Assembly (NCBI GenBank): GCA_951406725.2
Contig: OX597823.1
Location: forward strand, 28,210,001 to 28,274,000
DNA length: 64,000 nucleotides
Direction: 5' to 3'
Origin: Octopus vulgaris
Taxonomy: Eukaryota
Positions within the stretch are counted from its first letter, which is position 1, and the number at the start of each line of letters is the position of its first letter. The position numbers were made by a program, and so were the translations under genes. A model generated the notes under the pieces. It saw only the letters and a program-made list of their open reading frames with translations, ran no database searches and was not told where the DNA came from. This document shows positions 39,209-52,787 of the stretch, piece after piece.

Positions 39209-40818
39209 GGGGAAGTGAAAGGGAAAGTGAAGACCACAAATTCAGTCGTGTTAGATGTTGACACAGTCATAAGAGAGCTTGAGCAAGAACAAACATACAA
39301 ATATTTAGGGATAAATGAAGGCTCTGGTATTCAGCATGCAAGCATGAAAGAGAAAATCAGGAAGGAATGTTATAGGAGAGTTCGTGCAGTCCTGAAATCT
39401 GAACTAAATGCACGTAACAAGGTGTTAGCTATAAATTCCTTAGCAGTTCCAGTTGTTACTTATAGCTACAATGTGTTGAACTGGAATATGAGTGAAGTAA
39501 AGAATATAGATAGAAAAATACGCAAGCTGCTGAGTTGTAATAGGATGCACCACCCAAAGGCAGACGTAGATCGCCTTTACCTTCCCAGAGCCCAAGGAGG
39601 TCGAGGCCTGATCCAATTTGAACTAGCTTACAAAACAACCACAATTGGACTGGCCAAATATCTCGAAATATCGAATGACTGGATGCTAAAGCTCGTGGAA
39701 AATCACGAGAGACGAAAGAAGCTTCATTCTATCATAAAGGAAAGCAAAAAATTTGCTATTGATCTCGTGCAGGATACCCAAACTGAACAACCCGAGGGAA
39801 GTACGGCAACTATTGTTGCAAAGAAGGTGAAAATGATGGCAATGAAGAAAGCGCACGAGCAATTGGCTGATAGGTGGGAGGAGAAACCTCTGCACGGCAA
39901 ATATGTGACCCGCAGCAAACAAGCTGATGTTGACCAGAAGCAAATCCATCAGTGGCTACGGAGCTCAGGGCTAAAAGCAGAGAGCGAAGGTTTCATCCTG
40001 GCTGCTCAAGATCAAAGCCTATTAACCCGGAACTACCAGGCCAATGTGATGAAAAATGGAGCAGACCCAAAATGCCGATTCTGCAACGACATGATTGAAA
40101 CAGTGGACCACCTAATCTCTGGATGTAAAGTCTTAGCACCAGTGGAGTATAAATTAAGACATGACAGAGTTGGCCAATATCTCCACTGGCTAATAAGTCG
40201 GCATTACAATATCAAAACTGCCGACAAGTGGTATAATCACCACCCTGAGGCTGTAACTGAAGGAGAAAATGTAACCATTCTGTGGGACTTTCCAGTACAT
40301 ACAGACCGAACCATCACGGCCAATAAACCAGATATTGTTGTGAAAGACCAAAATAATAAAGTTTGCTTATTGATCGATATGAGCATCCCCTGTGATCATA
40401 ATATCTCAGCGAAAGAGTTTGACAAGCTCAGAAAATATAAAGACCTACTCATTGAAATTGAGAAAATGTGGCATCTCAAGGCGGTTACAATACCAGTGAT
40501 CGTAGGAGCACTAGGAATGATCAAGAAGGGAACCGAAAATTATATGAGAATGATCCCTGGCTTACCATCCCTGCAAGAAGTGCAAAAGATTGTCTTAACT
40601 GGTACATCACACGTATTGAGAAGAGCATTGTTGATGTGAGAACTGTTGCTGCTCATGTATTTTAATTTAACTAAAAAAAAAAAAAAAAAAAAAAAAAAAT
40701 GAACGAACTACTGAGTTTGATTTAATGGCCTACCATTGTATACTATGAGCTTCTTTGCCCTAGGAGTCGGGAAGACACTCGGCAAGAAATGGAAGCAAAT
40801 TTGAAAGAAGAAAAAAAA

Positions 40819-40819
<1 letters not shown>
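39209..40819 (+). mobile_element. 5'-truncated Dong/R4-like RLE LINE inserted in (TAA)n
   Basis: Flanked on both sides by (TAA)n; intact terminal ORF plus 3'UTR. Confidence 0.92.
39215..40639 (+). CDS. C-terminal part of non-LTR ORF: RT thumb, CCHC zinc finger, restriction-like endonuclease
   Basis: YKYLG, RLYLPRAQGGRGL, AAQDQ, CRFC...HLISGC, RHD, ILWD, KPDIV, LIDM, KLRKY motifs; no stops, suggesting a young copy. Confidence 0.92.
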   Translation: MKGKVKTTNSVVLDVDTVIRELEQEQTYKYLGINEGSGIQHASMKEKIRKECYRRVRAVLKSELNARNKVLAINSLAVPVVTYSYNVLNWNMSEVKNIDRKIRKLLSCNRMHHPKADVDRLYLPRAQGGRGLIQFELAYKTTTIGLAKYLEISNDWMLKLVENHERRKKLHSIIKESKKFAIDLVQDTQTEQPEGSTATIVAKKVKMMAMKKAHEQLADRWEEKPLHGKYVTRSKQADVDQKQIHQWLRSSGLKAESEGFILAAQDQSLLTRNYQANVMKNGADPKCRFCNDMIETVDHLISGCKVLAPVEYKLRHDRVGQYLHWLISRHYNIKTADKWYNHHPEAVTEGENVTILWDFPVHTDRTITANKPDIVVKDQNNKVCLLIDMSIPCDHNISAKEFDKLRKYKDLLIEIEKMWHLKAVTIPVIVGALGMIKKGTENYMRMIPGLPSLQEVQKIVLTGTSHVLRRALLM

Positions 40820-40882
<63 letters not shown>

Positions 40883-40890
40883 TAATAACG

Positions 40891-40945
<55 letters not shown>

Positions 40946-41031
40946 TAATTAGAAGAAGAAGAAGAAGAAGAAGAAGAAGAAGAAGAAGAAGAAGAAGAAG
41001 AAGAAGAAGAAGAAGAAGAAGAAGAAGAAGA

Positions 41032-41320
41032 AACTATGTATCATAATCGATGTGGCATTCTCCTTTGATACCAGATGAAAAAGAATGGAAAATGTAATAA
41101 AAGTGGTGTATTGTACTGACATTAAGTATGAAATTCGCAAGTGCTGGAGCCTAGAAGTTAACAAAGTTATATTTCTGTCAATTATTATCGGGGCCTTAAA
41201 ACAGTGACAGAGAATTTGAGAGTGTATTTGATCTCAGCCTGGGAGTAGCTGCAACTGAGAAGCTATACTTACAATGATTTGTAGGAATTATCTGGAAAGT
41301 TCTCAAGACAAAGTAAGAAC
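41032..41320 (+). mobile_element. Degenerate RLE LINE 3' fragment
   Basis: KLCIIIDVAF, DIKYEIRKCW and IIIGAL motifs after (GAA)n. Confidence 0.65.
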
Positions 41321-41467
41321 ATATATGTAAAAGAGAAATAAACTATTTATATGGTAGGTAAAAAAAAAAAAAAAAAAATTCATCTCAACTCAGATCACGA
41401 GCTGTCTTTCAATAGGAAGTAAAACTGAACTGGTTACAACAGCTACAGCAACAACATGAATAATAAT

Positions 41468-41905
41468 GGTTTCTTTTATTTGCCCCTGAGGCATCAGATG
41501 AATATATTACAGGGAAAATTTACAATTTTTGTGAGGATTTACAGAAAAGAAAAGATGAGGAAAGAAAATGAAAGGCGTTGGTAGATGAGATAAAACGTAT
41601 ACATAATATACAAAATAAGTGAACACGTGGATGATAGACTCCTCCTGATACAGAAGAGGCTCTAACTAAGGCCAATCGAGAAACAGATCCTGACTAGCAA
41701 GGACTTAAGCTTTCACCCAAATGTTGTTCTCTAATTTATTGGTCCATGCTTAGAGGAGCCTCATTCATTCTATTCATTTTGTTTTTGTCAAATTCGCTGG
41801 TAGAGAGTTCACTGCCACTCCATCCTCTCTTTCTTTGCCAAGTGAAGCTTGAAAAAGTCGATGAGTGCTAGGACGAAGAGGAGGATGCCTGTCCTCACTC
41901 TTTTC
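41468..41905 (-). mobile_element. Probable L1/Tx1-like 3' end fragment
   Basis: Minus strand LIDFFKLHLAKKERME resembles an ORF2 C-terminus; ends gcaaataaaagaaa next to (TAA). Confidence 0.4.
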
Positions 41906-42459
41906 AAATAGCAATAATGATAATCTTGGTAATGATGATGGTAACAACAATAGTTATAATAATGTTTTACATAACCCAAATCCCATTAAAAATAGCAGCG
42001 GTAGGCGCACTTCACGCAACCTATGTGGAGCACTTTTAATACAGTAAGTATAACACTCCAAAACAAACCACAGCACATAGCCAAGGGCCATACAGCGTCG
42101 CTCAGCTGTGCTGCGGGAAGAACGGGAAAGAATAAGACGATTGCATTATAATAGTAGTGGTAGTAATGATAATAATAATGATGTTGATGCTGATGGTGAT
42201 GGAGATTGTTACTTTATTACCTATGAGGTCTCGAAAAGTACAATGAAATAACAATTCAATATTAAACATGATGATTACAAAGTCATGCGTAGTTGTACGA
42301 AAATGGTGAAGAAAGACGAGCGTAGGGTGGAGAGTGATGAACGAAACGATAAATCAATGATGTTTCAGTTCATTGGTCATGATTTCAAATTCTCTGCGGT
42401 TACTACGTTCCCTTTTACTACACAACTCCATATTCTACACTGCATCACTTTATACACCA

Positions 42460-42840
42460 CTAGCAGTATCGCCCGGCGTTGCTCGGGTTTGTAAGGGAAA
42501 TAACTATATAAGCATTTTTAGAGATGTAAAGTATAATAGCCATGTCAATATGGCTAACCACAAAGGTGGGGGTGTTACTGTAGCTTTTTACGTTCTGAGA
42601 TTTAATAATAAATTTGCTAATAATGCCAAAAATGCATTAAAAATGGGAAAAATTGAAGGTAATTTTTCTTTTAAATCGTAGACTCATCGTAGACGCGCGC
42701 TAATACCCAGAAGGGCTCGATATGAATCACGACTATAAGATACCCGGTTTTGGTTAAACTGCACCGCAAAATGTGGGAGTAGTTAGGAATCTAAATCGTA
42801 GGAGACAGACAGCACACAACCTCTCTTTTATATATAAAGA
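42460..42840 (-). mobile_element. Non-autonomous Helitron (381 bp)
   Basis: Minus strand begins TC, ends with hairpin cccgagcaacgccggg then CTAG; inserted between A and T. Confidence 0.9.
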
Positions 42841-45644
42841 TTAACGAATAGGTACGATTTGTGTGGGAATATTGCATAACGTGAACATCTTCGATCAGAG
42901 GCAATCGTCGTGCAGTAGTTAAACGCCATGAAACAGGACCTACTCAGAGCACCTCTAAAACCTCTCAGTATTTTTGGAGAAATACGATGAATACTTTTCG
43001 AAGCCTGCAGCTGTAGATCATGTTAGGGTCGTAGTTAAACATAACCGTATTGTGTTTCTTGCAATGACATCTAGTTTGAGAGATTTAAATATTTAGATAC
43101 ACTAGAGAGAACATTGATCTTCTACGTATTTGAAACTCTGACATTTAATTACCGTAACTTTTCAAAACAACTAATTGAAGTCAAGTGATTGTCAAGGAAA
43201 TAACTTATATATACCGTGAGTCAGCAAAAACCTCTGTATCTAACTATTCAATTTACTAGAAGTTGCAGCTAAGCCTCGCTGAAATTACAAACAGACGTCT
43301 TAAAAGAAAACAATAAAATAAGCGAAAGTCACAGTGGATAATATAGTTCTAAATACACATTATCTAGATGAAGTACAGGAATATTACAGCTGAAGCATCT
43401 TTGATTATAGGTTTGGTAGATCGGGTCTGACAAGGGGCTAAGAAACTTCTGTTACCTAATTTTACTATCAGCAAACCACCAACAACACCATCAACGAGGT
43501 ATCGTAAAAGCTTTTAATACGCTCTTTACAATATTTGGAAAATATGACCAGCTCCGTTGTGATTACTCTTGGGGTCAGTTTCTCATGTATTGCGATGTCA
43601 TATTAATCTTAAATAGTGAAATGGAGTGACAATTTATAAGTCCATAGATGAGGAGGGTATATATCGAGGCTGATTATCCATTGACATACAAGCCAACCGT
43701 TACAGAATACTACATCTGACATCACGATGAAGAACAGACATTTTCTCGTTGCTTTTACCTGCTACAAATAGCAGTTATATCCCTCTCAAGCACAGTCAGA
43801 AAGAGGAATGATACATAGATAAAATCTTCTGAGTTATATTGCTATATTATATCAGAAAAATATAATTAACGATAATTCGCTAAATAGTCAGATCTGAGCT
43901 ATGATCAAAGATTGCCTAGGGTTAAATTTTTACAACCTGTCTACACTTGAAGAGTACAAATCTTTGTATTTCCAAATATAACATAGCTGTTTTCTTTAAT
44001 ATCTTAGTCATGAGGGAAGGATTTCCGAGGTTGGATGAGGGAAGGAAAAAAGTTATACTTAAATTGTAGTCCTGGTATTCATGCTAGGACTACAATTCAG
44101 AGAGCGAACTGTGCCAAAGGAATCCAAGGCTCACTGAGTCTTCTACCCAAGCAAGGCGAAGCGGGATCTGAACTCAAAAGCAGACGTTTACAGCAAGGCA
44201 TCCTGACCGAAAACTTAACGTTTCTGCCTGCCTGTCCAGCTGAGATGTATGAAAGATAAAGCTGACAGCAACAGGCTTTGATCACAAAACGGAATGAGCC
44301 GGAACAAACACCGCAGATAATGTTGTCTGACACACTGTCGTCTCTGCCTAGTGATCTCTTTTGAGTAAATAAATAAATATACGAAATCAAATCGAAATGA
44401 AACTCAATGTGTAATTAGGGCCATGGGCGACGTTTCGGGAGCTTGGAAGTAAGACATGATCGACCAGTTTCCGTTTTACCTTTCAGTTAATCAGGATACG
44501 CTCATCCTCTTTCTTTTCGAAATACGAGCGAGTGTTAAGTAAAGCTACATGATGTATGTAATTAAGAATACACTTATTAAACACAATTCCATTTACATAA
44601 TGGTACACATTTGGAAGTCTGACAATGTTTGCATGCAATCAAACACACTGTGGGATGTGAATAATGAAATATACAGACATATAACTTGTATATATCTAAT
44701 CTAACTGTAGGCGGTGGGGGGTTATTGGCAGCAGGAGTATCATAGTTCCTATAATACAATCATGATGCCCAAGTTAGGGAACACTGGAGTGGTTTAATTT
44801 GAGAACAGAGTTATGCTTAATTTTATATTGTTTAATGAGGAGATTTCGAAGCAATACCCATAGTCATTGTTGAATCTTTATTAATTGTATCGCACCAGAG
44901 AAGTACAATACGATTATTGTTAGTATTAACTGGAGGCTAAACATTTGAAGGTAATCGCCTATATTCTTAAAATCAAACTGAAAGGAATCAACAACTGGTT
45001 ACAATTTTAGAGAGCAAGGATTTAAAGGAAGTTTTAGAGCTGGATCGGAATATTAAGACACTTCAGGAATATGAATGGGTGGTGAGTCTATTGCATAATT
45101 TGAGAGCTCTGAGAATCAGGAATCGTTGTGGTGCCACTTGAAAAGTTCAAGAATGGATACGGAATTAGCTCTGAAAGGAAATGAATTGGTTGGTTTAACT
45201 GAGGAATGATTCTATTTCGTTGAAAGTATTTTAAATAAAATTGAAGTATTCTTTTGTGTTTGCCTTTAAATATCCCCTGCTTAGAAAGAGCAAGTCCGAT
45301 AGCTGCTGTACATATTGGCTGTTATTTCTGATATTGGCACAAATGTCAATGGTTTTTAATTTAGTTCATCAGTGAGAAGAATTTTTGCTGGCATATCTGC
45401 AAATAATTTGTGAATGAGTTATTCAAAGAAAGAAATTAAGAGACTTTAAACATGCTTAACTGAGCGAAAGTAACCGACAAAAAGAAAATAAATAAAAGAA
45501 AAACAGCCAAAACAAATAAATCGATGAATAAATCTATTTTAACCCCAGTAAAGTAATTTACAATGGGTAATCAAAGGTTTTCCAAAGTTTCTATCAGTTT
45601 CTTTGTTCTTAAATGATTCAGGAAGACAGCCAAGACAGGGAGAA

Positions 45645-45695
<51 letters not shown>

Positions 45696-45801
45696 CACAC
45701 ACACAGAGTCATATATATAAACACATGTTATATACATAAGCATATAAATACATGCGCATATAAATATAATATGCAAATATATATGAGTCTATATGTCTGT
45801 A

Positions 45802-45840
<39 letters not shown>

Positions 45841-46739
45841 CTACAAAACGACGAGCGAGTGAGACGTCGAAAATAAAAGAGAGAATAAAATAACGAGGGA
45901 AAAGGGAAAGAGGAAGGGTAAAATGCCATTAAAAGCTACGAATATATAGCAAGGAGTTACTAATTGTTGTTTGGGAGGCGTCTGTTTTGATTAAATTCCA
46001 TAAGACAAATATAATATTGTGATGTGGATTTGACTTTGACAGCAGAAAGTATGGTTATATTTAGGAAATGAAGCGATCGATAGGCTAATTGCTGATTATC
46101 AACGATATTTTAATATCTCAAGACCAATATTTACTATTTAGATATAATTGATATAACATAAGCATTAGGACATTTGCCAAAGTTCTTCCATTGCTTTAGT
46201 CGTGATCGAAAGAGCAATTATTGGTGTAGAAGAAAACTTATCTTTATTGAAAAGAAGAAAACAATTATTACAAAATACTTTTTTTCCCTTTTCATAGAAC
46301 AAAAACAAATTCAGATTTCTCTCTCACAACTTTCGAGAGAGAGACCGATAAAATCTATGCATTTGAACAAAAGCATCTTGTGGAATTTGGTCTTTCCGAT
46401 TAGTCTAACAAAACCATCTTGACTTTGTTCATTGTAAATGTAGAGAGGCAGTGACTGGGCAGCCAATGAACGATATCTTTACAAAAATACGAGATAAAAT
46501 AGAAATAGTGAACAAGATTACTCACAAGTGGCGAGATAAAATAGAAGACAGATATATAAACTTTAATGACAAAAGATAGGCATTGATATTTACGCTATTT
46601 TGATATCATTTCTCAGCTCATTTATTCGGTTTCTAGACAATGTTGTAGAGAGTTTCGATTTTTTTAACGACTTTGTCCTGTCAATGTTTCGTCGACTTTG
46701 CCTCAGTTGTCCTAAAACCAACAGTTTGCGTTTGTCCCT

Positions 46740-47110
46740 ACCCACCACAGCTTGATAACTAGGGTGAGCGAAGGTTAAATGATGTTACAATATGAACTGA
46801 AAGCCTGGGAAGGTCAAGTGGCTGGGGGGCAGTAGCGAAATATCTTCATGTAATACAACACACATTTAAATTGATAGGGTTTTCCTAAGGATGTGTGCAG
46901 TACATGTCAGAACAACCTTTTGGATTTCTCTGAGACATAGTTCTCCTGGAACATTATCGAAATGTTTTTGGCATCCCTTTCTTGTCATACAAAGGGCGCT
47001 CGCAATAACAGGAACAGTTCTTGCTTTAAGATGCCACATCTTTTGTATTTCAATTTCCTGGTCCATATATTTACTTAATTTGTCAAATTCCTTTACATAC
47101 TTTTCTTTTA
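46740..47110 (-). mobile_element. RLE LINE 3' fragment
   Basis: EIEIQKMWHLK..IQKVVLTCTAHILRKTLSI; near-duplicate of 49253-49497. Confidence 0.85.
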
Positions 47111-47377
47111 TACTGATTATTTGTTTCTGCGGGTGCAGATCTCGGTGGTAGTAGCAAATATTCGAACAGTTTCCGCACAGTTTCTCACTAGTATATTAAC
47201 TCACAAAGAATTGGTTGTCCAGTGGCTTTTGTAGAAGACACTTATCCGAGGAGCTGCGCCGTGGGACCGAACCCAATAGCATGTGGTTTACAAAACGAAC
47301 TTATCTGCCATACAACTAAGCCCGCACCTGAATCCATCCCTCTGAGCACGCAGAGTAATCCGTATTTAATTATATAA

Positions 47378-47600
47378 GGTCGGCGAGCTGGCAGAAACGT
47401 TAGCACGCCGGGCGAAATGCTTTGCGGTATTTCGTCTACCGTTACGTTCTGAGTTCAAATTCCGCCGAGGTCGACTTTGCCTTTCATCCTTTCGAGGTCG
47501 ATAAATTAAGTACCAGTTACGCACTGGGGTCGATATAATCGACTGAATCTCCTTGTTTGTCCCCTCTGTGTTTAGGCCCTTGTGGGTAGTAAAGAAATAC
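47378..47600 (+). mobile_element. SINE family B monomer
   Basis: ggcgagctggcagaaacgttagc...gtgggtagtaaagaaa; flanked by repeated cgtatttaattatataa (TSD). Confidence 0.88.
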
Positions 47601-48289
47601 GTATTTAATTATATAATACTTTATTCCATTATTCTCCATTTTATCTCAACACACAATAAACTAAATAAATGCGCCCTTTTCCACTCCTTCTTTGGTGGTA
47701 ACATAAGAACGTAAAGAAACGACGGCCCGTGAGCTCTGTCTTTTACCCAGGGCTTAAAAATAAAATCAAAGAGAAAATTACTTGGGGAAATTGTAACCTT
47801 CTAATATTACACCATGATAGATTCTTCTATCGTTTGAGAAAGGAATAACATGCCGCTTAAGGGTTAACCGTTATTGTTCTTATATTTCTGCTCTTTCATT
47901 CGTAGGCCAATATTTCTTTATATTATGTTTCATTATGCATTTCGGTCTGAGATATTTACTCACATAAAATGTCTTTTGGCAACGCAGTGAATGTTCTGTC
48001 TCTCTTTATCTCCTCTCCCACTCTGTCCCACACATGTACACGCTCACTCACTCACTCACTCACTCACTCACTCGCTCGCTCTTTACCCCCTCTCTGTCTC
48101 ATGCACACGTACGTACACAAACTCTCTCCCTCCCCCTTCCCTCACAAACATGCACAAGAGCACACTCACACATGCGATTGCTTTCTCTCTCACTTATGCG
48201 CTCACACACACGCACAAGCACACGCACACATACATTTGCACAGACACGCACACACATACAGACACACTTATACATACATATACACACAT

Positions 48290-48710
48290 ATGCTCTTTCT
48301 GTCTCTCCCGGTCACATACAAACACACACACATACTCACACTCACATATATATGCTCTCTCACTGTCTCTTTGTTTCTCTGTCTCTCTATCTCTCTGCCT
48401 CTCTGTCTCTCAGTTGCTCTGACTCTCTCTCTCTCTCAGTTTCTCTGTCTCTCTGTTTCTCTGTCTCTTTGTCACTCTGTTTCTCTGTCTCTCTATTTCT
48501 CTGTCTCTCTATTTCTCTGTCTCTTTATCTCTCTGCCTCTCTGTCTCTCAGTTTCTCTGTCTCTCTGTCTCTCTGTTTCTCAGTTTCTCTGTTTCTCTGT
48601 CTCTCTCTCTGTCTCTCTCTCTGTCTCTATATCTCTCTGTCTCTCTTTTTCTCTGTCTCTCTATCTCTCTCTCTCCCTACCTATTTCTCTGTCTCTCTGT
48701 CTTCCCCTCT
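48290..48710. repeat. (CT/CTGT)n low-complexity tract
   Basis: Directly visible. Confidence 0.9.
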
Positions 48711-49252
48711 CTTTGAAGTGAAAATTTATGCAGTTTACGCAGAGTTATAAAATGTACCGAATCACCTAGAATCTTAATTAGAATCTGAAAAATTCCTGTC
48801 TAAATCATTTGCCGCATGCTGTTAATATAAAACACCTGAGGTCATTATTCACTCATGTATTGCGGTATTTCGGCTCAAAGTTCCAAGTTCTTAGTTTCAA
48901 TGCTTCGAAAAGCGATAAATACCTGTAATAACTTTCTGTCATATCATTTAAATCAACCTACTTTATTAGACCATGTCTAAAATTTATGATCTTTTGTATT
49001 AGATACAATAAGAAAGGAGCTTCATCCATAGAACTGGATCCCGTATAACATTGGCAGTTATTTTTTTGGATCCGGAACCCCTAACGATTTAAGTCTACCA
49101 TAGAAGAAGTGGAATAGTTTCTGAATTTTCACCCAAAAATGGTAGAACTTGCACAGAATTTCTGTTTACCAAAATTTACTTACTGGAATTAGCCCTGAGG
49201 GCGTTTGCCTAATGTCCCGTGCAGTGTGACTGAACTCACACCATAAAGTTTT

Positions 49253-49497
49253 TTGATAGGGTTTTCCTAAGTATGTGCGCAGTACATGTCAGAACAACCT
49301 TTTGGATTTCTCGGAGACATAGTTCTCCTGGAACATTATCTAAATGTTTTTGGCATCCCTTTCTTATGATACAAAGGGCGCCAGCAATAACAGGAACAGT
49401 TCTTGCTTTAAGATGCCACATCTTTTGTCTTTCAATTTCCCGGTCCATATATTTACTTAATTTGTCAAATTCCTTTACATACTTTTTCTTTTATACT
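49253..49497 (-). mobile_element. RLE LINE 3' fragment, duplicate of 46871-47115
   Basis: Same 5' truncation point, about 95% identical by eye. Confidence 0.85.
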
Positions 49498-49709
49498 TTT
49501 TATTTGTTTCAGCCATTTGACTGCAGCCATGCTGGAGCAACGCCTTTAGTCGAACAAATCGACACTAGGACTTATTCTTTGTAAGCCTAGTACTTATTTT
49601 ATCGGTCTCTTACTACCGACCCGCTAAGTTACGGTGACGTAAACACACCAGCATCAGTTGTCAAGCGATGGTTAGAGGACAAACACAGATATACAAACAC
49701 TCATACACT

Positions 49710-49799
<90 letters not shown>

Positions 49800-49938
49800 G
49801 ACGGGCTTCTTTCAGTTTCCGTCTACCAGATCCACTCACAAGGCTTTGGTCGGCCCGAGGTTTTTGTAGAAGACACTTGCCGAAGGTGCCACACAGTGGG
49901 ACTGAACCCGTAACCTTGCAGTTGGTAAGAAGCTACTT

Positions 49939-49940
<2 letters not shown>
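49495..49940 (-). mobile_element. SINE family A
   Basis: Reverse-complement match to 61262-61701. Confidence 0.85.
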
Positions 49941-49989
<49 letters not shown>

Positions 49990-50572
49990 TTAATAATAAT
50001 AATTATTATTATTCTTATTAGTAATTGTAATAGTAGTAGTAATATCAGCTTTATCTTCGAATTTACGTTGGTGGTTGATATTACTAAAGATGTGTTGTAG
50101 ATTAAAAAAAGAATAGTTGGGTGAGGGCTTGTTTCCTTGGTCACCATGGGTTAGGGTATTCCTGGGTTTGTGTGGTTCCTTGATTGGCCCAAGCTGAAAG
50201 TAATTGTATCACGGATGTGTTCATATGTTTTGTGCACCGGAAATGCTCTCTATCTTACTTCCTTCTCCTTTCAATTTCTTCCGCACAATTTTTATATAAA
50301 CCTTAACACAAATTCTAAACAATCCTTTTTATATCCCCTCATCTGATATCCCTACAGCATCATCAACATCACCACCACCACCACAAACATCATAATCAGT
50401 ATTATGTTTTTGTTGTTGTTGTTGTTTTTGTTGTTGTTGTTGTTGTTGTTGTTCTTCTTCTTCTTCTTCTTCTTCTTCTTCTTCTTCTTCTTCTCCTCTT
50501 CCTTTTTCTTCTCATCATTACCATCATCATAATCATCACCATCATTAATATTATTAGTTGTATCAACATTAT

Positions 50573-50634
<62 letters not shown>

Positions 50635-50694
50635 TTATTATTATTATTAATATTATCATTATTAATATTATTATTGTTGTTGTTGTTGTTGTTG

Positions 50695-50758
<64 letters not shown>

Positions 50759-51086
50759 CTATCAATTGTTTTCTCTAGAATTGAGAACAGAAAGTGTTTG
50801 TTAAAAGAAGGCTCTGGAATCATCGATAATTTCGGTAAACAATAGAAATTGGAATTGATATGATACAATCTAAAATATCGATCACTTAATTCTGTGTGAA
50901 CGGCAAACGAAGAAAAAACAATAATTAACTTTCAATTGTTTAAGCATTTATTAAAAAAAACCAAAAAAATGCTAATCGATTATTGTTCAAATACAAGGAT
51001 TATTACGTAATTATCTATCGATTCTATATTGCGTTCACATATCAATTTTCTTTCGTTTCCATTTCATATATATATATATACATATA

Positions 51087-51424
51087 TTACGGAGATGTAC
51101 TTGCATAGCAAGTGACCTGATCTGAGATCGTGTGCTGGAAGGAAAACAATTGCAGCGTGGAAGGTTGCAGCGGTCTCAAAACGACGGAAGCTATTTAGGA
51201 AACACACAAAATCCGTTAGATTCACATTTAAATATAATTTGTCAAAATATTTTCGTCGTTTTGAGACCGCGACCTGTTCATTGACAAAATTCCGATGCAG
51301 CACGGAATTTTATCAGTGAACAGGTCGCGAAAATATTTTGACAAATTTAAATGTTGAAGTAAATCTAACGGTTTTGTGTTTTTCTTAAATGGCTTATAAA
51401 CACCTTCCACGCTGCAATTGTTTT
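51087..51424. mobile_element. Palindromic hammerhead-bearing Penelope-like element in TA/TG microsatellite
   Basis: Arms 51143-51294 and 51303-51424 around an 8-nt loop; extra tail 51087-51142 on one arm only. Confidence 0.75.
51240..51286 (-). ncRNA. Hammerhead motif, G3-C8 core variant (second copy 51311-51343 on +)
   Basis: Minus: TGTCA-ATGAACA-ggtcg-cggtctcaaaa-cgac-GAA-AATATT-T-TGACA; the plus copy has GTGAACA but a stem II deletion. Confidence 0.6.
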
Positions 51425-51448
51425 TGTGTGTGTATGTGTATATGTATA

Positions 51449-51500
<52 letters not shown>

Positions 51501-51599
51501 ATTTTTTGTAATCGGCTGAAAGTTCCAGAAGTAACTCGCACACGGAAAGTCTCGTTCGAGGTATTCATAATGAATTCCTTAATTACCATGCACGAGAAT

Positions 51600-51952
51600 T
51601 TCAGTCCTTGAGTCGGGGATCCCTTCGATAATGAATGACCATGGGATTTCACCTAGAAAGTTACCCTTCGAGGCACAATTCCGAGTAAGGTTGTTTATAG
51701 AAGACCAGCAGTAACCCATGCGTACCAGCCTCTCCTCTCTATGCCACCGATGTTATCCAAGGGAAGGGCAAAAGGGCCGATACAACTTGGCACCTGTGAC
51801 GTCGCAACTCATTTCTACAGCTGAGTGAACTGACGCAACGTGAAATAATGTGTCTTGCTCAAGAACACAACACGCATCCCGGTCTGGGAATTGAACTCAC
51901 AACCTCAAGATCGTAAGCTCGACGGTCTAACCACTGACCCATACGCCTTCAC
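51600..51952 (-). mobile_element. tRNA-derived CORE-like SINE (family D)
   Basis: Minus strand: A-box tgggtcagtgg, B-box gagttcaattcc, core ttcttgagcaagacac; 3' boundary approximate. Confidence 0.7.
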
Positions 51953-52151
51953 ACGCTCTTGAGTATCTTCTCTAATTTTCGATTAAAAGTATACACACAC
52001 ACAAGCGCGCGCCGACATGAAGATGTTTTAATACGTATCCGTGGAGGTACAGCTTCTTAGGACGGATATAATGAAAAGGTACGAAATGAAGAATCACAAG
52101 AGTATATGTATTCTTAAGTACCATCATCTATTATAATAAAACAAACCTGTA

Positions 52152-52787
52152 ACGCCGGGCGAAATGCTGCGAAGCAGCATTTCTTCTGTCTGTGTTCTGA
52201 GATCAAATTCCGCCGAGATTGACTTTCCCGTTCAATAAATTTCCAGGGTCAATAAATTAAATACCAGCTGCATACTGGCGTTGATCTAATCGACTGGCCT
52301 CCTCCCCTAAAATTTCGGGCCTTGTGCCTAGTGTAAAAAGAATATCTTAAGCCAGCGAAGTAGCAGAAATGTTAGCAAGCCGGGCGAAAAACTTAGCGGT
52401 ATTTCGTCTGTCTTTACGTTCTGAGTTCAAATTCTGCCGAGATCGACTTTGCCGTTCATCCTTTCGGAGTCGATAAATTTAGTAGGACTTGCATCCTGTG
52501 GTCGATCTAATCGACTGGCAGCATCTCCAAAAATTTCGAGCGTTGTGCCTAGGGCAGGAAATAAAAATATTTTAAGGCAACGAGCTTGCAGAAACATTAG
52601 CACGCCGGACTCAATGCTTAGTGGTATTTCGTCTGTCTTTACGTTCTGAGTCCAAATTCCGCCGAGGTCGACTTTGTATTTCATCCTTTCGGAGTCAATA
52701 AATTAAGAACCAATTGCGTAATGAGGTCGATGTAATCGACTTGCCCCCTCCCCAAAATTTCGGGCCTTCTGCCTAGAGTAGAAAATA
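52152..52787 (+). mobile_element. Tandem trimer of SINE family B
   Basis: Three copies of ttctgagttcaaattccgccgag..gacttt. Confidence 0.85.
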
